64,000 nucleotides of DNA from an uncultured Verrucomicrobiae bacterium (GTDB lineage Bacteria > Verrucomicrobiota > Verrucomicrobiia > Verrucomicrobiales > Akkermansiaceae), in NCBI GenBank assembly GCA_937957985.1, contig CALGOH010000223.1, forward strand, positions 4,756-68,755. The letters are read 5' to 3'. This document shows, piece by piece, positions 58,247 to 64,000 of the stretch; position 1 is the first letter of the stretch, and each line of letters begins with the position of its first letter. Made by a program: the position numbers and the translations under genes. The notes beneath the pieces were generated by a model that saw nothing but the letters and a program-made list of their open reading frames with translations, searched no databases and had not been told where the DNA came from.

Positions 58247-59521
58247 TCAGAAATCGAGTTCGGCATCCACGCCGAAGCGGTTCACGTCGTAGCCGAATCC
58301 GGCCTGGTTCGAGTCGTTGCTCTCGTAGCGGTAGAAGGCACCCATGCGGAAGCGGTCGTTGACCTGATACTCGACGCTCGGACGGATGTAGAAGATCCCG
58401 TCATCGCGGCCACCGGCTCCTACGGCGGAAACGCGCTTGTATTTCGCGGACTCGTAGCCGGCCTCGAGGCGGGCGGTCCAGCCCTCGCCGAACCTCTGGG
58501 CGATCCCGGCGCCGGCACCGGCGATCTCGATGTTCTCGCCCGGGAAAATCGCGGAGCTTTCCTCCCGCAGGTAGCCGATGACGAACAACTCGGTGCCCTC
58601 GCGGGGCGTCCACACGACCTTGCCGTCGAACACCGGGAAGGTGTCCGAACCCACGCCGTAGTCGCGATGTTCGAAGCCCGCCTCGAGGTCGAAGGAGATT
58701 TTCTCCCTCGGCGCCCAGATCAGGCGGGCGGTGGCGCGCTGGAAGTCCTGGTCCATCGCCCCGTCCACTTCGACGGTGCCGCCCGTGACCGCGAGCACCA
58801 CTTCGGTCTTCGGTGAGTAGGCGTAGCGCAAAGCCGTCTCGATGTAGGCCTGCTCGGAATCGGAGAAACGTCCGTCGTCGTAATCCGTGCCGTCGATCCC
58901 GCCCGCGATCTCAACGGCCAGCTTCTCGCTCGGACGCCACGCGGCCCGCAGTTCAGCGGCATACGCGGTGCGGTCGATCTGGGCGCCGACTTCGGGCGTC
59001 GCACCGCCGAGGCGGTCGACGTTTCCGGCGAAGCGCAGACCGGTGCGCTTCCCGTTCACCGCGCCTTCGAGGGCGAAGCGCTGGTCGATGCGGGTCTCGT
59101 CGCCGTTCTCGACATAGATCACCAGGCTCGGCCGGTAGGCCACCTTGAGGTAGGCCGCCTCGCCGTCGTCCCGCCCCGTGGTGAAGCCGACCTCGGGGCT
59201 CACGGAGATGACCAGGTCCGACTCGGGTGCGGCGGAGCTGAGGAAGATGTTGTCGTCGTAGGCGATCTCCAGCGCCAGGCCGAGATCCCAACCGCTCTCG
59301 GCGGGTTCGGACATCTCATCCCGTGCCGGGACCCATTCGACTCCACCGATCCGGTCCTCGACGCGGGCGTCGCCCTCGGTCTCGAGCGACAACTGCTCGA
59401 GGGGGACATACTCCACCTCCTGCGGGACAAGATCCTGCCCGGACACGGCCGGCGCCCCGATCAGGATCGGGAACACAAGCAGTGCCTGCCGTAGAATCTC
59501 GGCTGGCCGTACGGGGGGCAT
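58247..59521 (-). CDS. Outer-membrane beta-barrel protein associated with the EPS locus
   Basis: Signal peptide, alternating amphipathic pattern with frequent Y/G/D turns, and a C-terminal ...FGVDAELDF ending in Phe (OMP beta-signal). Confidence 0.6.
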   Translation of the reverse strand: MPPVRPAEILRQALLVFPILIGAPAVSGQDLVPQEVEYVPLEQLSLETEGDARVEDRIGGVEWVPARDEMSEPAESGWDLGLALEIAYDDNIFLSSAAPESDLVISVSPEVGFTTGRDDGEAAYLKVAYRPSLVIYVENGDETRIDQRFALEGAVNGKRTGLRFAGNVDRLGGATPEVGAQIDRTAYAAELRAAWRPSEKLAVEIAGGIDGTDYDDGRFSDSEQAYIETALRYAYSPKTEVVLAVTGGTVEVDGAMDQDFQRATARLIWAPREKISFDLEAGFEHRDYGVGSDTFPVFDGKVVWTPREGTELFVIGYLREESSAIFPGENIEIAGAGAGIAQRFGEGWTARLEAGYESAKYKRVSAVGAGGRDDGIFYIRPSVEYQVNDRFRMGAFYRYESNDSNQAGFGYDVNRFGVDAELDF

Positions 59522-59578
59522 GGGGCTTGTCAGAATGATCTGAAAATCAGCGGATCACAAGGGGGAAGGATTACGGGA

Positions 59579-62500
59579 TCACGGGTGGTGAAGTTTGCCG
59601 GAAGGGGAACCGACCGCGCGTTTCAGCGCATCGGCCACGTCCTCGGCGAGCGGGCCGACGTTTCCGTCCTCGAAAAGCGTGAGGTGCTCTCCGGGAACCT
59701 CGACGATCCGCAGCTCGTCGACATGGTCGGACCAGCCGTAGTCATCGGGGACCTCGAACTTGTCGTTCACGGCCGAGGCACGGAAGAGATGCAGGGTGCC
59801 GCGGAAACGCTGCGGCCGGTAGGCATCCATCGCGGCCTCGTGCGCCTCGCGGAGCTGGACCGCGCGGCGCTCGGTGTGCGCGGCGGCGGCCTCGCCTTTC
59901 GCGTCGGCCGACTCGACCTTCACGCGGAAGTGGGTTTCAACGCCGTCCTTGAAGCGCGACGCGAGCCGCAGGATGCGCTCGCCGAGCGGCGACGACGACT
60001 GGGCGTTCCAGTAAACCGACACCCGCTCGCTCAGCGCGTAGGGTCGCAGCTCGATGCCCGGGTTGACCGTGTCGAAGAGCGCCAGGAACGGAACCTCCTC
60101 GCCCGCTTCCACCAGTTGGCGGGCCATTTCAAACGCCACGACGCCGCCATAGGAGTATCCGGCGAGCAGGTAGGGCCCGTGGGGGCGACCCGTGCGCAGG
60201 ATCTCGACGTAGCGCGCGGCGGTGTCCTCGATCGCGCCGACCTCGATCCGCTCGTCGCGGCCAAGCTCGGGAGACTCGATGGCGAGGAAGGGACGGTCCG
60301 TCGGCAGCCGCTCGGCGAGCTGACGGTAGAAGAGGATGCCGCCGTCGCCGCCGTGGATCGCACACAGGGGTGGCAGAGCACCCTTGGACTGAACGGTGGC
60401 CAGTTGACCGGCGGACCCGAGCTTGACCTTTTCATCCGTGCCCTCGATGGCGACGGAAAGCAGGCGGATCGTCCGGGCCTTGAGCAGGGTCGCCAGCGGC
60501 AGCGAAACGCCGAACTCCTTCTGGATGCGCGCGAACATGCGCAAACCGGCGAGCGAGTTGCCGCCGAGGTTGAAGAAATCGTCGTCGCGGCCGGGACGCT
60601 CGATCCCGAGCAGATCGCTCCAGATCGAAGCGAGCCGGGTTTCGATCCCACCGTCCGGAGCGCGATGGCCCGGGACCTCCGCGCCCTGATGATCGGGCTC
60701 GGGAAGCTGGCTCACCACGACCTTGCCGTTCGCGTTGAGCGGCATTTCATCGACCTCGATCAGGTGATCGGGGACCATGAAGGCGGGCAGTCGTCCGGCG
60801 AGCCACGCCGTCACGGCGGACGCGTCGAAACCGTCATTGCCGCAGGCCCACGCCAGCAGTCGTTTGCCGCCGGCGCCCTCGCCGCGCACCGCCACCTTGC
60901 AGCGGGCCACCGAGGGGTGGCTGCCGAGCACCGACTCGATCTCGCCGAGCTCGACGCGGAAGCCGCGCAGCTTCACCTGGTGATCGATCCGCCCGAGGAA
61001 CTCGATGGTTCCATCCGCGGCCCAGCGGCAGCGGTCACCGGTGCGGTACATCGCGCCGGCGTCGGTCGCAACGAAGCGTTCGGCGGTGAGATCGTCGCGG
61101 CCGAGGTAGCCGAGCGCCAGGCCGGCGCCGCCGCAGAGCAGCTCGCCGGGCATGCCGACCGGGACGTCCGTGCCGTTCGCATCGACGATCCGGACGGTCG
61201 TCCCCGGGATCGGTCGCCCGATCGGGATCGAGCCCTTTTCAAGGTCCTCGAGAGTCACCCGGTGGCAGGTCGTGAAGGTGGTGTTCTCGGTCGGTCCGTA
61301 GCCGTTGATGAGCGCCGTGTCGGGCAGCGCCTCCATGGCGCGACGGACGTGGTCGGGAGAAAGCACGTCGCCTCCCGCCAACAGTTGTCGCAGGCCCTTC
61401 AGCCGGTCGAGACCCTCCTCGACCATCAGTTCGAACAGCCCGGCGGTCAGCCACAGGGTGGTCACGCCCTCGCTCTCGACCTTGCGCCCGATGCCCTCGA
61501 GCGAGGTTTCACTCTCGTCGAGCACCACCAGGCGGCCGCCGTGAAGCAGCGGCCCGAAGATCTCGAAGGTCGAGGCGTCGAAGGCGGGATTCGAGGCATG
61601 GAAGAACACCTCGTCCGCGCCGAAGCGGATCGGGCCGCCATTCTCGACGAGCCGCAGGATGCCGCGTTGCGGCACGACCACGCCCTTCGGCTTTCCGGTC
61701 GAGCCCGAGGTGTACATCACGTAGGCCGGATCGTCGGGTGAACCTTCGACCTTCGGAGCCGCGGCCCCCGGGATGCCGGCGGGATCCAGGAAACGAACGC
61801 CCTCGATCGGCTTCCCGGAGAATGCCCCCTTCGCCGAGGAGTCCGAAATAATCTCCCGCTGGCGCTGCTCGGGATCCTTGGGGTCGATCGGCACGTAGCA
61901 GGCGCCGGCCCGCAGCGTCCCGAGCATCGCGGCGATGGCCTCCGGTCCTTTTGGAAGCACCACCGCGACCCGGTCACCCTCGCCGATGCCGGCTTCGGCC
62001 AAGGAAGCGGCGACGGCCTCGACGCGGGCATCGAGTTCGGCGTAGGTCCACGAACCCGACGAGCAGGTCAGGGCCGGACGTTCCGCATGGCCGGCGGCGA
62101 TGCGACGGAATCTTTCATCCACCGATCCATCGGCCAGCTTCACCTCGACTCCACGCCAGGCATCGAGTTGGTCGCGGGCTTCCTCGCCAAGCAGTTGGAC
62201 GTCGGCGATGGCCAGAGCAGGGTCATCCGCCGCCTGCACGAGCAGTTCACGGAAGGCCGCCAGCCACGACTCCATCGTGCCCGGGTCGATCAGCTCGCGG
62301 TTGTAGGTCGAGGAAAGCAGCAGCCCCTGCGGCGACTGCATCAGGTTGAGGAAGATCGTCGAGTTGCTGTAGCGGGCGGGCACCGTTTCGACCTTGGCCT
62401 CGAGACCGCCGAAGGAACCGGGATCGCCCGATGGCTCGAAGTTGAAGATGATCTCCATCAGCGGCCTCCGCCCGCCCTCGCGGCCGAGCTTGAGCGCGCG

Positions 62501-64000
62501 AAGCAGCCGGCCGTAGGTCACGTCGCCGTGCTCGAGGGCATCGAGCTGCCCGGTCGAGGCGGAGGCGACCAGTTCCTTGAACGAGCCACCCTCTCCGATC
62601 TCCGCGAGCAGCGGCAGGAAGTTCACGCAGTGCCCGACGAGTTCTCCCTCGCCTTCGCTCATCTGCCCGGCGGTCGGGAAGGTCATCACGAAGCGCTCCT
62701 GGCCGCTGAGCTTGTGCAGCAGGGCCTGGAAACCGGCGAGCAAGGTGCTGTTGAGCGTCGCCCCACAGGCCGCCGAAAGCTTCTTCAGGCGAGCCAGCAT
62801 CCCGGCATCGAGCATCAGCTCGCAGGTGTCCGACGCATAGATCGGCGCCGGCGGATAAGCCTTCCGCAGCGGCAGCTCGACCTCGGGCACGCCGTCGGCG
62901 AAGCGTTCCGTCCACCAGGCCAGCGAGCCATCGCCGGACGCCGCCGCCCGGTGCTCGCGCAGCGCCCGATCGACGATCGAGGGGGCCGGCAGGAACTTCG
63001 GTTTGCTGCCCGCGAGGCGCGCCTCGTAGGCCTTGGTGAAATCGCGGATCAGCACCTCGAACGACCAGCCGTCGGCCGCCAGGTGGTGCGCGACGAACTG
63101 CAGCACGAGTTCGTCGTCGGCAAGCCGTGCCATCACCACCCGGAACAACGGACCGACCGCCAGGTCGAAGGCCGTCTCGCGCTGGTTCAGCCCGCACTCG
63201 CGCAAGGCCGCCTCGCGGTCGGCCTCGCCACGCAGGTCCACGTCGATGATCCGGGCATCCTGATGCGCGTCGATCACGAACTCGGGCGACCGCCCTTCCG
63301 GCACCCGCATGCGCAGGGCGTCGTGACGATCGACAAGGTCCTGCACCGCCGCCCGCACCGCCGACGGGTCCACGGGACCGCTCAGGCGGAGCTGGAGCAT
63401 CTCGTTGAACGCGAGGTTCGCCTCGTCGCCGAGCAGGGAGGCCAGCCAGATTTCGGCCATCGGCTCGGTCATCGGGAACGGCCCGCGCTCGCCTGTCGCC
63501 AGCGCTGCTTCGGCCCGCTTCTCGTTTCTCGGGAAGAACCCGCCGTCCTGAAGCTCGGCGATCGTTTCGCGGAAGGCGTTGATGACGAAGTCGACGTCGG
63601 CATCGGTGTGGGCCGCGGTCAGGTAGAAGGGCAGGCCCTCCATCGCGAACACGCCCTTGCTACGGAGATGATAGTAGATCAGGTTGCCGTGCTTCGCGCC
63701 GTCACCGATGCGCAGGTACATCTGCGAGTTGAAGTTGACCATGCGGACGTCGATCCCCTCGTCGCGGAACATCCGGTCCACCGTGGTCGCGAGCCGGTCG
63801 GCGCGCTTGCCGATGGCCTCCCAGTACTCCGGCGGTTGCTCCTTCACGTGGTTCAGCACCGCGCGACACGCGGCCATTGCCAGCGGCAGGCGGACGAAGG
63901 TGCCGGCGAAGAACGTGACCTCCTTCTCGGGGAAGGAATCGTCGCCGAACTGCCACTGGCCGCCATCGAAGGTATCCATGTACTCGGCCTTGCCGGCGCA
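59579..64000 (-). CDS. Terminal module of a hybrid NRPS/PKS megasynthase: (aminotransferase C-terminal part)-C-A-T-TE; 5' end outside window
   Basis: C domain motif HHLAADGWS (about 63062-63091). A domain YVMYTSGSTGKPKG (about 61690-61725), YRTGD and KLRGFRVELGEIE (about 60940-60980). T domain FFNLGGNSLAG (about 60550-60580). TE domain LAGYSYGG (about 60143-60165). The first 150 or so aa resemble the C-terminal half of a class-III (GSA-type) aminotransferase. The frame is open to base 64000. Confidence 0.88.
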   Translation of the reverse strand, partial: CAGKAEYMDTFDGGQWQFGDDSFPEKEVTFFAGTFVRLPLAMAACRAVLNHVKEQPPEYWEAIGKRADRLATTVDRMFRDEGIDVRMVNFNSQMYLRIGDGAKHGNLIYYHLRSKGVFAMEGLPFYLTAAHTDADVDFVINAFRETIAELQDGGFFPRNEKRAEAALATGERGPFPMTEPMAEIWLASLLGDEANLAFNEMLQLRLSGPVDPSAVRAAVQDLVDRHDALRMRVPEGRSPEFVIDAHQDARIIDVDLRGEADREAALRECGLNQRETAFDLAVGPLFRVVMARLADDELVLQFVAHHLAADGWSFEVLIRDFTKAYEARLAGSKPKFLPAPSIVDRALREHRAAASGDGSLAWWTERFADGVPEVELPLRKAYPPAPIYASDTCELMLDAGMLARLKKLSAACGATLNSTLLAGFQALLHKLSGQERFVMTFPTAGQMSEGEGELVGHCVNFLPLLAEIGEGGSFKELVASASTGQLDALEHGDVTYGRLLRALKLGREGGRRPLMEIIFNFEPSGDPGSFGGLEAKVETVPARYSNSTIFLNLMQSPQGLLLSSTYNRELIDPGTMESWLAAFRELLVQAADDPALAIADVQLLGEEARDQLDAWRGVEVKLADGSVDERFRRIAAGHAERPALTCSSGSWTYAELDARVEAVAASLAEAGIGEGDRVAVVLPKGPEAIAAMLGTLRAGACYVPIDPKDPEQRQREIISDSSAKGAFSGKPIEGVRFLDPAGIPGAAAPKVEGSPDDPAYVMYTSGSTGKPKGVVVPQRGILRLVENGGPIRFGADEVFFHASNPAFDASTFEIFGPLLHGGRLVVLDESETSLEGIGRKVESEGVTTLWLTAGLFELMVEEGLDRLKGLRQLLAGGDVLSPDHVRRAMEALPDTALINGYGPTENTTFTTCHRVTLEDLEKGSIPIGRPIPGTTVRIVDANGTDVPVGMPGELLCGGAGLALGYLGRDDLTAERFVATDAGAMYRTGDRCRWAADGTIEFLGRIDHQVKLRGFRVELGEIESVLGSHPSVARCKVAVRGEGAGGKRLLAWACGNDGFDASAVTAWLAGRLPAFMVPDHLIEVDEMPLNANGKVVVSQLPEPDHQGAEVPGHRAPDGGIETRLASIWSDLLGIERPGRDDDFFNLGGNSLAGLRMFARIQKEFGVSLPLATLLKARTIRLLSVAIEGTDEKVKLGSAGQLATVQSKGALPPLCAIHGGDGGILFYRQLAERLPTDRPFLAIESPELGRDERIEVGAIEDTAARYVEILRTGRPHGPYLLAGYSYGGVVAFEMARQLVEAGEEVPFLALFDTVNPGIELRPYALSERVSVYWNAQSSSPLGERILRLASRFKDGVETHFRVKVESADAKGEAAAAHTERRAVQLREAHEAAMDAYRPQRFRGTLHLFRASAVNDKFEVPDDYGWSDHVDELRIVEVPGEHLTLFEDGNVGPLAEDVADALKRAVGSPSGKLHHP

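Overview
This is a high-G+C bacterial chromosomal window. The gene content suggests a Verrucomicrobiota/PVC-like organism (inference): a fused ccoNO cbb3 oxidase in ccoS-first order, a PEP-CTERM protein next to a Wza/Wzc/Wzx EPS locus, several sulfatases, and a cytochrome-c/PA14 plus beta-propeller pair. Many long shadow ORFs in the six-frame track are artefacts of the G+C content.

Core content:
- A partial ymdB, a cell-wall amidase and queD.
- tRNA-Ser(GGA) and RNase P RNA (rnpB).
- dnaK and groES-groEL.
- A translationally coupled dcw cluster on the minus strand: mraZ-rsmH-ftsL-ftsI-murE-murF-mraY-murD-[LysM gene]-ftsW.
- ccoS-ccoNO-ccoQ-ccoP.
- A staphyloxanthin-like crtP-crtQ-crtO set with a divergent aldH.
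- An EPS export locus: OMP-wza-wzc-sugar transferase-wzx.
- The 3' terminal module (aminotransferase-C-A-T-TE) of a large NRPS/PKS gene that runs off the window.

Accessory or odd content:
- An AT-rich orphan Rhs-type C-terminal toxin cassette with an immunity-like gene, next to tRNA-Ser.
- A hicBA pair.
- A low-G+C HTH gene plus a class II Fic gene wedged between dnaK and groESL.
- A near-perfect 219-bp tandem repeat array between mraZ and rsmH that stays in frame with rsmH.
- An in-frame TAA inside wzx.
- A relic 5' fragment of crtO.
- A MITE-like inverted-repeat element after groEL.
- Recurring short intergenic motifs.
- Unexpected substitutions at near-invariant sites of DnaK, CcoN and the Wzc-like kinase.

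All calls come from reading translations and motifs by eye. No database searches were run.
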